Shown here piece after piece: positions 1 to 10,104 of a DNA stretch of 44,150 bases (position 1 is its first letter; the number at the start of each line of letters is the position of its first letter). The DNA is from a virus (Duplodnaviria; Heunggongvirae; Uroviricota; Caudoviricetes): the IMG/VR virus record IMGVR_UViG_3300045988_004957. One strand, written 5' to 3'. Below the pieces are notes generated by a model. The model saw only the letters and a program-made list of their open reading frames with translations, was not told the DNA's origin and searched no databases. The position numbers and the translations under genes were made by a program.

Positions 1-1713
1 ACCGCAGAAACTCACCCTGACGAGTGGGCGATGTTCATCAGGTACGCCGTGAGCGACATCACTGCGATGCGTGAAGTCTTCCATAAGCTGCCGCGTTGGG
101 GTAACTCCGAGTTCGAAGACCGTGTACTGGAACTGGACCAGTTGATTAACGACCGCGGATTTAAGGTTGACGTTGCACTGGCAGAAGCCGCGATTGAAGC
201 CGTGGAGAAGCACAAAGCGCAGCTACAGGAAGAAGCACAGCGCAAATACGGCGGCTCGCTTACTGGTAAAGACTTCCTGCCGATTCTGCGTGAACTTGCA
301 CCAGCGCACCGCATCCACAACGCGCAGAAGTCTACGCTTAACGACCTGTTGGCGGATGATGATTTACCGGACGACGCACGCACGATTATCGAAATGCGCC
401 TCGGGGCCGCGTCCACAGCGTCAACGAAATATAACCCGCTGCTGTTAGGGCGCTCGTCGGACGACCGCCGTCGTGGTTGCATTCAGTACGGCGGAGCCAA
501 GCGTACATTACGATTTGCCGGTAAAGGCTTTCAGCCGCAGAACCTCGCGCGTGGGTACTATCACGATGATGAACTGGATAAAGGTATTTCAGCGTTACTT
601 AAGGGCCGCGCGCATCGCCGTTTCGATGTCGCTAAGCTAACGGCATCGACGGTGCGTAGCTGCATTATCCCGGAAGCCGGAAAAAAGTTTGTCGTCGCCG
701 ATTACTCTAACGTTGAAGGTCGGGGGCTTGCGTGGCTGGCAGGCGAAGAAACCGCGCTAGATACGTTCCGCGCCGGGCTGGACATTTACTGTGTAACCGC
801 GGGTAAGATGTTCGGCATGGAGCCGGATTACATTAAGAAGGAACGCAAAGACTTGCGCCAGATTGGTAAAGCCTGCGAGCTTGGCCTCGGCTACGCTGGT
901 GGTGTTGGCGCTTTCGTTCAGTTTGCTAAGAACCTCGGACTTGACCTTGTTGATATGTCAAAAACAATGGACGGTACTTTCCCGGACCACATCTGGGCGG
1001 CTACCGCACGCGGCTATGAATGGGCACGTATTCAGGAAGCCAAGCGACCGCCGCGACCCGGGGAGAAGGATGACCGACCATCGTATATTCTTGATAAGAA
1101 AGTGTGGCGTACCTGTGACGCTATCAAGCGTATGTGGCGAGAGTCACACCCTGAAACAGTAGCTTTCTGGCGAGATATTGAAGACGCAGCTATGGCCGCT
1201 ATCCGCAATCCAGGTAAAGAGTTCACCGCAGGACCGCGAGGCGTTAAGTTTTCGCGTAACATAGAGACAGACAACAACGGCGACAAAGTCGCGGGCTGGT
1301 GGTTGCGCATGACGTTGCCGTCGGGTCGCGTTATGTCATACCCGGGCGTCGGATTAAGTGTGTCGAAAGAGACAGACGAAGATGGAAAGGTGTCTACTAA
1401 CGTGCGCATCAAGTACCAGGGCGAAAACCAGTTAACCCGGCAGTGGGGCTTCCAGTACACCTACTCTGGTAAACTGGTGGAAAACTGCACTCAGGCGTTG
1501 TGCCGTGATTTGCTGGCCAACGCGCTGCTGAACGTAGAAGCAAACGGTTATCCAATTGTACTTCATGTCCACGATGAGATTATCTGCGAAACTCCAGATA
1601 CGCCGGAATACAATGTCGCAGAGCTTGAGCGATTGATGTGCGAATTACCAGAATGGGCGGAGGGGTTCCCTCTTGTAGCGGAAGGTCAGGAGTTAAAACG
1701 CTATGCTAAGTAA
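1..1713 (+). CDS. DNA polymerase, family A (polymerase domain; 5' end outside window)
   Basis: Frame 1 is open from base 1 with no start in the window; about 570 codons ending TAA 1711-1713; HVHDEIICE-type motif near the C-terminus; N-terminal exonuclease fragment found at the window end. Confidence 0.85.
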   Translation, partial: TAETHPDEWAMFIRYAVSDITAMREVFHKLPRWGNSEFEDRVLELDQLINDRGFKVDVALAEAAIEAVEKHKAQLQEEAQRKYGGSLTGKDFLPILRELAPAHRIHNAQKSTLNDLLADDDLPDDARTIIEMRLGAASTASTKYNPLLLGRSSDDRRRGCIQYGGAKRTLRFAGKGFQPQNLARGYYHDDELDKGISALLKGRAHRRFDVAKLTASTVRSCIIPEAGKKFVVADYSNVEGRGLAWLAGEETALDTFRAGLDIYCVTAGKMFGMEPDYIKKERKDLRQIGKACELGLGYAGGVGAFVQFAKNLGLDLVDMSKTMDGTFPDHIWAATARGYEWARIQEAKRPPRPGEKDDRPSYILDKKVWRTCDAIKRMWRESHPETVAFWRDIEDAAMAAIRNPGKEFTAGPRGVKFSRNIETDNNGDKVAGWWLRMTLPSGRVMSYPGVGLSVSKETDEDGKVSTNVRIKYQGENQLTRQWGFQYTYSGKLVENCTQALCRDLLANALLNVEANGYPIVLHVHDEIICETPDTPEYNVAELERLMCELPEWAEGFPLVAEGQELKRYAK

Positions 1714-1834
1714 ACTGATTATCGCGGTACTGGCGGGATTTGCCGCAGGTGTCTACTGTCACGAGGGTCAATACGGCATGATGGTTGCCATATTGGGCAT
1801 GTTCATCGCAATTTATCTGTGGGTGCTGGAATGA
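1703..1834 (+). CDS. small hydrophobic protein (43 aa)
   Basis: ATG 1703 overlapping the polymerase stop; one predicted TM helix; below ORF-track length cutoff. Confidence 0.3.
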   Translation: MLSKLIIAVLAGFAAGVYCHEGQYGMMVAILGMFIAIYLWVLE

Positions 1835-1916
1835 AAATTTACCGGTTCTACGAAGAAGACTGTCGAATCTGCCCGCGCTGCGGTATTGAGCATACCAAAC
1901 GTGAGGGGTGCGTGTT

Positions 1917-2069
1917 ATGAGAATGTTTGTATTCGGGTCGATAGTAACCATGCTCGCACTGTTACTCGGTGCGGGAATAGCTGCTATGTTCTGTTACGGC
2001 CTGTTCTTTCAGTTTGCCGGTGTTGCCCTTCTAGGCGGGGCTTTCCTTACCTGGATGCTGCGGTCATGA
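1917..2069 (+). CDS. small membrane protein (50 aa)
   Basis: ATG 1917, hydrophobic throughout, stop TGA overlaps ATG of the next gene (ATGA). Confidence 0.3.
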   Translation: MRMFVFGSIVTMLALLLGAGIAAMFCYGLFFQFAGVALLGGAFLTWMLRS

Positions 2070-2350
2070 CTAAAGAGGGCCGCATCCAGAAATACGCAAA
2101 AGAGCGATTTGAGGCCCTTGGGGGCCTCGTTCGTAAACTTTCCTACGAGGGGCGTTCCGGCGCTCCCGACCTGCTGGTAATTCTCCCCGGCGGCATCGTC
2201 TGGTTCGTCGAGGTGAAGAAAGACGAAAGCACGAAGCCTGACCCGCACCAGTTACGAGAGCACGAGCGGATGCGTAAGCGTGGTGCAAATGTTTTTGTAG
2301 TTGGTTCGTTCAAACAGGTTGACACCCTAATAGCGAACTATTATAGTTAG
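2066..2350 (+). CDS. VRR-NUC domain nuclease
   Basis: 95 codons from ATG 2066; LLVILPGG..VWFVEVKKDE..Q..E resembles a VRR-NUC / PD-(D/E)XK core; ORF-track start 1886 probably too far upstream. Confidence 0.65.
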   Translation: MTKEGRIQKYAKERFEALGGLVRKLSYEGRSGAPDLLVILPGGIVWFVEVKKDESTKPDPHQLREHERMRKRGANVFVVGSFKQVDTLIANYYS

Positions 2351-2380
2351 CCTTACACCAACAATATAAGGAATTGAGAA

Positions 2381-2572
2381 ATGAAACACGAATACGACCG
2401 CAAACCAGCACGTGACATCGTACCGGGCGACATGATTTTCAACGTTAAGACCCGTCGGCCTGTTGCCGTGGATACGGTGTTCGTCGAGTCGAACGGTAAA
2501 CTGGTTATCGAAGACGTAACTGGCAACGTTACCGCGTTCGGGCGTAAAGAGCTTGTTCTGGTGGCAAAATGA
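2381..2572 (+). CDS. hypothetical protein (63 aa)
   Basis: RBS AAGGAA upstream of ATG 2381; stop overlaps helicase start. Confidence 0.5.
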   Translation: MKHEYDRKPARDIVPGDMIFNVKTRRPVAVDTVFVESNGKLVIEDVTGNVTAFGRKELVLVAK

Positions 2573-3993
2573 GTAAGTTTCAAAGGCGCGAATACCAGAA
2601 GCTCATGACTTCGTTCATGCTGCAACACCCGCGCTGTAATATCTGGTGTGGCATGGGAGGGGGTAAAACCTCCTCTACTATGTGGGTGTTAAACCGCTTG
2701 TTCCGCAACGGGCAGCTTACAGAAGAGGACCGCGTGTTAATCCTCGCCCCGTTGCGTGTTGCGTCGGGTACGTGGCCTGCAGAACAAGAGAAATGGAACT
2801 TCCCTTGTCTGCGTGTCGTCGATGCGACCGGTTCGGAGAAGCGCCGCATCGCGGCGCTGGAGTCAGACGCTAACGTGGTGTGCACTAACTACGAAGTTAT
2901 CGAGTGGCTAATTGACTACTACGGCAAAGACGACTGGCCTTTTACGGTTATCGTTGCCGATGAAAGCACGAAGCTTAAATCGTTCCGCAGCCGTTCGGGT
3001 GGTAGCAAGCGGGCAAAGGCGCTCAGCAAGGTTGCGTTCGGAAAGGTTAAGCGTTTCATCAACCTGACAGGCACACCGTCACCAAACGGCCTCAAAGACT
3101 TGTGGGGTCAGAACTGGTTTATCGACGCTGGCGAGCGCCTCGGCTCTTCGTACACAGCATTCACCGACCGCTGGTTTAACTCGGTACAGAAAGGTAAATC
3201 GGCTATGGCCCGCGAGTATCATGCACGACCGGGTGCGGATAATGAGATTCATCAGAAGATGAAAGACATCAGCCTGACCATAGACCCTGCCGAGTGGTTT
3301 GGTTGTGAAGCGCCTGTTATCGTACCGGTGGAAATAGACCTGCCGAAGAAAGCGCGTCAGGCGTACATAGATATGGAGGAGAAGTTATTCGCAGAACTGG
3401 AGAGCGGGGAAGTTGAAGCGGCTAACGCTGCGGCGAAGACCTCAAAGTGCTTGCAGATTGCATCTGGTGCCGTGTATGTGTCAGGGCCGGATGGCGAAGC
3501 GACCAAAGACTGGGAGAAAGTGCACGACACGAAACTGGATGCGCTCGAGTCGATTGTTGAGGAGTTGCAGGGTGCGCCGTTGCTGGTAGCCTATCAGTTT
3601 AAACACGAACTGGAGCGTATCCTTAAGCGATTCCCACAGGCACAGGCGTTCGCCAAAGGCGCTAGGGGGAACAAGCAGATGGAAGCGTGGAACCGTGGGG
3701 AAATCGAGATTTTATGCGTGCATCCTGCGTCAGCCGGGCATGGTTTGAATTTACAGGACGGGGGTCATCATCTGGCGTTCATCTCGCAAGGCTGGAACCT
3801 TGAGCACTATTTGCAGGTTGTTGAGCGCATAGGCCCAGTCCGCCAGAAACAGGCGGGTCACGAGCGCCCGGTGTTCCTTTATCACATCGTTGCTAAAGAC
3901 ACTCTGGACGAGGTTGTCGCCGCGCGTACCGACGAGAAGAAATCGGTACAGGAAGAGTTGCTTAATTACATGAAGAGACGAGGTAAGAAATGA
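2569..3993 (+). CDS. SNF2/DEAD-like superfamily-2 helicase
   Basis: Walker A GMGGGKT, DEST box in VIVADESTKLK, C-terminal helicase-like region; 474 aa. Confidence 0.8.
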   Translation: MSKFQRREYQKLMTSFMLQHPRCNIWCGMGGGKTSSTMWVLNRLFRNGQLTEEDRVLILAPLRVASGTWPAEQEKWNFPCLRVVDATGSEKRRIAALESDANVVCTNYEVIEWLIDYYGKDDWPFTVIVADESTKLKSFRSRSGGSKRAKALSKVAFGKVKRFINLTGTPSPNGLKDLWGQNWFIDAGERLGSSYTAFTDRWFNSVQKGKSAMAREYHARPGADNEIHQKMKDISLTIDPAEWFGCEAPVIVPVEIDLPKKARQAYIDMEEKLFAELESGEVEAANAAAKTSKCLQIASGAVYVSGPDGEATKDWEKVHDTKLDALESIVEELQGAPLLVAYQFKHELERILKRFPQAQAFAKGARGNKQMEAWNRGEIEILCVHPASAGHGLNLQDGGHHLAFISQGWNLEHYLQVVERIGPVRQKQAGHERPVFLYHIVAKDTLDEVVAARTDEKKSVQEELLNYMKRRGKK

Positions 3994-4505
3994 TGGATTT
4001 CGAAGAGTTTCTACTTAAAGCTCATCTGCTGGCGCGTGGGTTTGACGCTGACCGTCTCCAGGTAGTCTTAGCCCCTGGAGTAGCTACGTTTTACCTGTGG
4101 GGGTTTGACGGTAGGCTTCGCGGATACCAGCATTACAAACCACATGCCGAAAAGAACTGTAAAAACCCTAAAGACGCGCGGTACTTTACCAGAACAACAA
4201 GGCCGTGTTTATGGGGGCTTGAGTATTTGCCGGAAAGCGGGGTGGTATTTGTTACCGAAAGCATATTCAAAGCCGTAGCCTTGATGAATTGCGGGTTCAA
4301 TGCTGTAAGCGCACTGGGGTCAAATATATCAACAGACCTACGGCAGCAAATGTCACTTTTGCCGTATGACTGGGTGTGCGCTGGCGACAATGATAAAGCT
4401 GGATTAAAGTTCAGCAAAACATTCACCAGAGGATTTGTATCTAACGACCTTGATGAACTTTGTGAAGAAGAAATAACGTATCTTGCGAGGAAATTTACCA
4501 GATGA
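3990..4505 (+). CDS. Toprim-domain protein (primase-like)
   Basis: Toprim signature E ... DxD (VFVTESIFKA ... VCAGDNDKAG); start overlaps helicase stop. Confidence 0.55.
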   Translation: MMDFEEFLLKAHLLARGFDADRLQVVLAPGVATFYLWGFDGRLRGYQHYKPHAEKNCKNPKDARYFTRTTRPCLWGLEYLPESGVVFVTESIFKAVALMNCGFNAVSALGSNISTDLRQQMSLLPYDWVCAGDNDKAGLKFSKTFTRGFVSNDLDELCEEEITYLARKFTR

Positions 4506-4639
4506 ACATCATAGCCCCAATTCCGGCATTGCAAAAACGTATCAAGGAACTCGAAGAAGAGGTTCTGCGGCTACGTCAGCAAAGAGACGCCGCTAATGCG
4601 CAACTGGCGTTTGTACTGGAGAAGTTATCAGAAGAGTAG
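4502..4639 (+). CDS. hypothetical coiled-coil protein (45 aa)
   Basis: ATG 4502 overlapping previous stop; heptad-like KELEEEVLRLRQQ; last ORF before terminator. Confidence 0.35.
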   Translation: MNIIAPIPALQKRIKELEEEVLRLRQQRDAANAQLAFVLEKLSEE

Positions 4640-4643
4640 AGAA

Positions 4644-4670
4644 AAGGCCCCGTTTGGGGCCTTAGTTTTA
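4644..4670. terminator. bidirectional rho-independent terminator
   Basis: AAGGCCCC-GTTT-GGGGCCTT followed by AGTTTTA; lies between convergent plus operon and minus tailspike gene. Confidence 0.7.
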
Positions 4671-6653
4671 AGCCAACGACATTCGGGAGTTAGCGAAAGC
4701 TAAAGCCTGAGCCTGCGTCGTAAACTCAGCGATGAAGAAGTCACTAAATCTGATAACAGCACCTGAACCTCCCCCAGTAGAGACGTACAGACCTACAGTA
4801 CCGTTAGCGGAAGCTTTACCCACCCCAAATGTGCTAATCCACTCACCAGACTTAGTATAAACGCTACCCATAGTAATACCTAACGTTATACTCACATCTG
4901 CTGTTCCTGATTGGAGGCGAGAGTTGACGCCCCACACGTACCATCTACCGGATGTAAGTGTCGTTCTTGACGCTACCATTTCATATAAACCGGACCCAGG
5001 GAATGAAAATTCGGTACATGTAGCGGCGTGAAGTCCGTCAGATACAGTCGAACCGTTAACGGTACCGCTACCAGAAAAATTATGGCTACCTGAGTCAAAT
5101 GTGATAGCTTTTAACTTATTCCCCGTCGGCGTATTAAACACTCGTCCCCTTGTTAAATTTCCTCGTAGAGACAAGTTTGTAGTGGCTATCGTTGCGGATT
5201 GCGACGCGACAGACTCTACAATAACGTCCTTTCCAGAGCTGCCGTTTAAATACACGTCGTGGGCTACGATGGTGCTTTGTGCATCCACTACAATATCCTG
5301 ATTACCATAGGCGTTGTCAAAACGGCAACCATAAGTTACTAAGTTGGAGTTGGATAGCTCGATGTTATTGAGATAAGAATACTCAGCAAAGAATATCGCG
5401 GTGTCTACCAACTTGAGAACTCGCGGTTTTTGCGCCACGCCGTCTACCTGAACAGCCGATGATGTTGCAATAGCTTCCATCCATACATTGGATACCCCGC
5501 ATGGAGATGTAGGACAGTCACCCGATTTGCTTTTTAAATATATCCCGCCGCCTCCGGAAGCCTCAATAATGGAGTCTTTAAGCCACCATCCGCCTATCCC
5601 GCCGTTATCGACAGTGCCGTTTAGGTAGACGGCATAGGTGGAGATGCCGTCGAAGTGGATATTGTAGAGGGTATCGGCCCCGCAATGCATCTCTGAGCCA
5701 CTAATCGCGTAATACCCCCAATCACACGTAGATACCCCAATATTTCTCCATGTATTACCGATGTTCCCGGAAGGCTTCTGAATGGCCTTGTTGATGTTGT
5801 GGATGTATAAATCACTAAAATTATGACGTCCGGAATATTTGTCTGACGGGTCAAAACTAATACCTGCGGCCCCAGTTGTACCTGTACCATCTACGGCAAA
5901 ACCACCGCTGTGTCGAAACTGCCAGTGCGGGGTGGATAAATTAACCTGTACAGTATTTGCATAGTTTGCCGATGGTTTTAATATTGCAGCACCACCTACA
6001 CCTTTTATCTGCTTACTACCCAGAGTGATTGCTTCTGTATACTCACCCGGAGAAACAATTAAGTCGTTTTTAGTTAACGACGCATCTACCGCGGCTTGAA
6101 GGGTAGAAAAGTCGCCAGAATGCTTAATATCATTGTTACGTGCAAGCAAACTCCTTTCGCCACTGCCTATGTTCTTGGCACCTTCCGCGTCAGATAATGT
6201 TTCAACGGTGTTACCGTTGGAAAAAGACACCAGTGAAGCCCCTAAACCGGCGGTACTTGACGCCAAATCATTACGCAAATTTTGGTCTGTCTGCGGCTTC
6301 CAGTTAGCGTTACCGACTGGATTAAAACTCGCGGGAACAACAACCGGCAACGTACCCGCATATGAGTACCACGTCTTGCTTACGGGGTCATACACCACTT
6401 TGTCGCGGTCATTAACTGTTAACGTACCGCCGGTGGAAAAGTCCCACGATACGGGAGAAAAACCGGCATCACGCAACACAGCAGGAAGCGTCTTCTGGGT
6501 CTGCCCGGTAACAGGGTTGGTCGCGTAATCAATATCGGCGCCACCAGCAACCCCGCCGGATTTACCGGTGATAACCTCGGCTTCAAAAATTTGGTGTTTC
6601 TTGACGGTTTGTAAATCCGCCAGGCTTAAAACGTCACCGCATCCGCTTGACAT
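4668..6653 (-). CDS. tailspike with pectate-lyase-like beta-helix
   Basis: 661 aa, Gly/Asn/Ser-rich repetitive segments typical of right-handed beta-helix depolymerases; last gene of tail module. Confidence 0.65.
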   Translation of the reverse strand: MSSGCGDVLSLADLQTVKKHQIFEAEVITGKSGGVAGGADIDYATNPVTGQTQKTLPAVLRDAGFSPVSWDFSTGGTLTVNDRDKVVYDPVSKTWYSYAGTLPVVVPASFNPVGNANWKPQTDQNLRNDLASSTAGLGASLVSFSNGNTVETLSDAEGAKNIGSGERSLLARNNDIKHSGDFSTLQAAVDASLTKNDLIVSPGEYTEAITLGSKQIKGVGGAAILKPSANYANTVQVNLSTPHWQFRHSGGFAVDGTGTTGAAGISFDPSDKYSGRHNFSDLYIHNINKAIQKPSGNIGNTWRNIGVSTCDWGYYAISGSEMHCGADTLYNIHFDGISTYAVYLNGTVDNGGIGGWWLKDSIIEASGGGGIYLKSKSGDCPTSPCGVSNVWMEAIATSSAVQVDGVAQKPRVLKLVDTAIFFAEYSYLNNIELSNSNLVTYGCRFDNAYGNQDIVVDAQSTIVAHDVYLNGSSGKDVIVESVASQSATIATTNLSLRGNLTRGRVFNTPTGNKLKAITFDSGSHNFSGSGTVNGSTVSDGLHAATCTEFSFPGSGLYEMVASRTTLTSGRWYVWGVNSRLQSGTADVSITLGITMGSVYTKSGEWISTFGVGKASANGTVGLYVSTGGGSGAVIRFSDFFIAEFTTQAQALAFANSRMSLA

Positions 6654-6665
6654 ATAGAGTCCTCT

Positions 6666-9233
6666 TTAATTAAAACCATTGCTGAATCCGTCGGAGAAAC
6701 CGCTGCCGTATGGCGCGACGCCGTCGTATTTATAGAATCCGTCATCATAGTTGTAGCCCGTAATCTTGACCGTGCGGTCGTCGCCGGGGTCGATTGAAGA
6801 AACAACTATCTTCTGAGCATTATGCCTTGCTTCGTTGCCGAATGAAAACTCAGTTTTTAGCGCACTATTCCCCGTGTAGATTGCCTCCTCCGGCGCGGAG
6901 AGCATAATCACTTCGCGGTCGTGGCTTCCTTTGATAACAGAAATACTCTGCACAGAGCCGTCGCGCTTCTTAAGAATGATGGAATGGTCATCACCAGGAG
7001 TAAACGTAACAGGCTGAGACAGCGTCAGCGTAAGGCCATTGACGGCAACAACATAACCATCCTGCGGCGCGATACGCGAGCCTTTAACCACACTGATTAC
7101 GCCGCCGGGAGTAGCGAGAGCGCCTTCTTCGGTAGCTTCGAACTCTACGACAACTTTACTTAACGTGTTGCGCTGGTAGCGACGCCACGCCAGCCAGTAC
7201 GCTTGCTGATAGTTACGTACACCCTTCGATTCGTACTCCTCGGTGTTCGCGCCGAGTTCTTCCGGGATATAAATCGTCTCCTGTACGTTTGTATCCGGGT
7301 CAATGTACGAGAACGACAGGCTATCGTAGGTTGTCGAATCGTTGAACGTGCGCGTCCATTTCTCCGTACCGGTCGTTTTGCTGCGGTGGGTGAAAACCAT
7401 CTCAGGCCCCGCAACAGGACGGTCGAATCGCAGCATAATATCAGCACCTTTACGGTATGCCGTACAAAACACGGCTTCCGCGATGGTCTGAACGATGTCT
7501 TGCATGGTTGTGTCGTAGTCGTCGAATGTGTAGCAGAACTGCCCGGCTAATTCACTGTCAAAATACGACTCAATTTCTTCCTGCACGGCAAGTAACTTGT
7601 CCATATTTGCCGTTGTCAGTTCCAGATTACCCACCACAGGGTCACGCGCCAGCCTGATTAGCGACTGCACGGCCTGAGTGTTCGGTGTCATTACCGTATC
7701 GAATACGCCGTTACCTAAGTATTTGTAGCACATCTCGGTTGCAATCATGCGCAGTTCCGGTTCGGACACCTCGGCTGCACGTGGGGTTTGTTTACGGGCG
7801 CAGTGTACGGTAGTACGGTTGCCGTAGTGGGGGGTTGTGTCCAGCGACTGCCCATACAGATTAGTGAAAGTAACCTCGTCGCTAACAGTACCTTCAAAAT
7901 CTTTATCGGTGTCCGAAACACGACGCATACGGGCGCGGAATCTGGAAGCAGTTGGTAAACTTCCGTAAAGAGTAATCCCTGTGTAATCCGTGTTCCGGCC
8001 TGTTACGGTTCCTCGTACGGTAAATATGTCACCTACAGGCTGTTTCAATTCATCTACCATCTGGTATTGCAGTTCGACTGTCACTGAAGCGCGGTTATAG
8101 TCGCCGTTGTATTTGTACATGCCGTTGCTGGCAGCCACATTGGCTACAACACGGTCGACGGTTCCGCGGGTGATGTACGCCCATTCAGAGAGGGAAGCCG
8201 CGTAAGTATCCGCCGGGCCTATAAGATGGTTGCCCTCTTCACCTATAAACCACACAGACGTCCCTAGCTGGTTCCATACTGATTGATTAGGGCTGATATC
8301 TACCGTTAGCGTGGTTTCACTAACCGAAAGGACAGTGTACCCCCCGTCCAGGTTAACCTCATTACCTAAAGACCCTGGGGTTGTGTCTGCATATACGTTA
8401 TCGAAATATGCCATGTCTCCGACCGCCAAAAACTCATCGAAACCAGCGTCATCGCCTACTACAACGCCGGTTGTTCCCTGCCGTTGGACGGTGTAGCCCT
8501 GCACGTCTATAGCAATGTCATTAGGTGCGGGAAGAACAGCGCCATCGACATCGGCATTCTTAAATGTAACGTACAACTTCTGGTCTATCGGGTCGCCAAT
8601 ATGCAATTGTGGGGCGTTGGTGTTATTCGGCGAAGTGTAAGGGGAATACACCGCCACCGACGAGCCAGTTATCTCGCTGATTCGGGTATCTGCCTCAGTT
8701 ACACCGTCTTCCTCAATATGTAGATACCCACGACCGGCGTCGTAGTACGCGTATTCAATAAGCGCCCCCGCGGCATTAAACACCTTATATGTCTGCATCA
8801 GGTCATTGGGGATGGTCTGCACTGTCCCGCAGATATCATAGGAACGCTCATAAGGTCGTGGCTTGTTTGAGCGGTCGGTGAGACTGTTGTTAGGCGACGT
8901 AGCCTGATTGTTGGTAGCGGAATAATTAGCGTTAGCCGCTGTGTTTAGCCCGAACAATTTGGCGATTGGCTTAAGGATGAAACTGAATACACTCCCGATG
9001 GCGTCGCCAATGCCGCCGCCAGCGCCCTCAATAATGTGGTACACGGCGTCCTCGTCTTTGAGCGCGTCGAAGTCGTCTGTAACATCAGTATCATCACCAA
9101 TCTCGCCAAGATAGACGCGTACCGGAACGCCGTCCGGGATACGGTTAACGACAAACTCCATCGGCATCCCGACGTGTTTTGTACGGTTGAAAGCGCCATC
9201 AGCGTTTCGCGTGTAGTGCAGGATTATCGCCAA
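6666..9233 (-). CDS. central tail fiber / host specificity protein (J-like)
   Basis: 855 aa ORF directly downstream of K/L-like tail genes in the minus-strand tail operon. Confidence 0.6.
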   Translation of the reverse strand: MAIILHYTRNADGAFNRTKHVGMPMEFVVNRIPDGVPVRVYLGEIGDDTDVTDDFDALKDEDAVYHIIEGAGGGIGDAIGSVFSFILKPIAKLFGLNTAANANYSATNNQATSPNNSLTDRSNKPRPYERSYDICGTVQTIPNDLMQTYKVFNAAGALIEYAYYDAGRGYLHIEEDGVTEADTRISEITGSSVAVYSPYTSPNNTNAPQLHIGDPIDQKLYVTFKNADVDGAVLPAPNDIAIDVQGYTVQRQGTTGVVVGDDAGFDEFLAVGDMAYFDNVYADTTPGSLGNEVNLDGGYTVLSVSETTLTVDISPNQSVWNQLGTSVWFIGEEGNHLIGPADTYAASLSEWAYITRGTVDRVVANVAASNGMYKYNGDYNRASVTVELQYQMVDELKQPVGDIFTVRGTVTGRNTDYTGITLYGSLPTASRFRARMRRVSDTDKDFEGTVSDEVTFTNLYGQSLDTTPHYGNRTTVHCARKQTPRAAEVSEPELRMIATEMCYKYLGNGVFDTVMTPNTQAVQSLIRLARDPVVGNLELTTANMDKLLAVQEEIESYFDSELAGQFCYTFDDYDTTMQDIVQTIAEAVFCTAYRKGADIMLRFDRPVAGPEMVFTHRSKTTGTEKWTRTFNDSTTYDSLSFSYIDPDTNVQETIYIPEELGANTEEYESKGVRNYQQAYWLAWRRYQRNTLSKVVVEFEATEEGALATPGGVISVVKGSRIAPQDGYVVAVNGLTLTLSQPVTFTPGDDHSIILKKRDGSVQSISVIKGSHDREVIMLSAPEEAIYTGNSALKTEFSFGNEARHNAQKIVVSSIDPGDDRTVKITGYNYDDGFYKYDGVAPYGSGFSDGFSNGFN

Positions 9234-9589
9234 AATTCAATCTCCGTGTACGTGTCTCTGAGATCCGCCAGCCTGTCAAGCCGTACCTGACGGGAAGCAA
9301 GCTCGCAATGGCTCACCATCCCGTCGAAGTAAACTCCTGCGTGCCACACGATACGACCGCCGCGGCGATACCCCATAAGCACCGCACAGAAGTTTTCAGG
9401 CTTATCAATTTTTGTAAGCCCCTTCGTGTTGCGATGCCCTTCGTCAAACGCTTCGTTAATCGCCGTTGGGCTTGCAACGTCGAACGCTGGGGTTTCTAAC
9501 CCGGCATCCGCGCGGACAATGCGCACGTGATGCCAGCAATTACGTTTGCGAAAGTCGTAAGGTATTCCCGTGTAGTCGTTAATATTCAT
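9224..9589 (-). CDS. tail assembly protein, NlpC/P60-like (K-like)
   Basis: Cys-His motif CWHHV and conserved His downstream; position between L-like and J-like genes. Confidence 0.55.
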   Translation of the reverse strand: MNINDYTGIPYDFRKRNCWHHVRIVRADAGLETPAFDVASPTAINEAFDEGHRNTKGLTKIDKPENFCAVLMGYRRGGRIVWHAGVYFDGMVSHCELASRQVRLDRLADLRDTYTEIEFWR

Positions 9590-10101
9590 GTAGTCAACAG
9601 GCCGCGTAATAACGGTATCTCTTTAGGTGTCATCAGTATACCAGTGCTTCGCTGGTTCAGCATAGGTGTACCGACATCCGCAGAGAACTCGCCCTTCTCC
9701 TGGTTGATGGCCTGTAACTCGTACACGACAGGGCCATCCGCCGGGTAAGACAGGTCGGTGCTGACGTAACGGCGGAAGACGAACTTCGGCAACTCGGTAT
9801 TGCTCATCGGGATTTTATCCATCTCATCGTCAAGTTGATTGAGAATATCCGGTAAAGTAAACGTAGTCGTCTGGTCCATATCACTGTTGTTAGCCGCCCC
9901 CGACGCCTCCATCGGGGTTGGCTCGAACGTGATAATTTCGCCTGTCTCCAGTGTTGCCGTGAGTTCCTGTAACCCGCGCACAAGATAGTACGTCTTAGAC
10001 AGCAACGGGTGGCTGATTTGCAACGTGATGTAGTCCATCTCGCCGTCGGGGTTGGAGGCCAGCTTACGGCGATAGGCGGCTTCTACTGATTCCTGGCTCA
10101 T
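9586..10101 (-). CDS. minor tail protein (L-like position)
   Basis: 171 aa ORF, start/stop coupled with neighbours in tail operon. Confidence 0.5.
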   Translation of the reverse strand: MSQESVEAAYRRKLASNPDGEMDYITLQISHPLLSKTYYLVRGLQELTATLETGEIITFEPTPMEASGAANNSDMDQTTTFTLPDILNQLDDEMDKIPMSNTELPKFVFRRYVSTDLSYPADGPVVYELQAINQEKGEFSADVGTPMLNQRSTGILMTPKEIPLLRGLLTT

Positions 10102-10104
10102 AAG

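Noticed and set aside
1886-2350. Long form of the VRR-NUC ORF starting at 1886
   Set aside because: N-terminal 60 residues are hydrophobic and overlap two small upstream ORFs; the conserved domain begins at ATG 2066, which is translationally coupled to the preceding ORF
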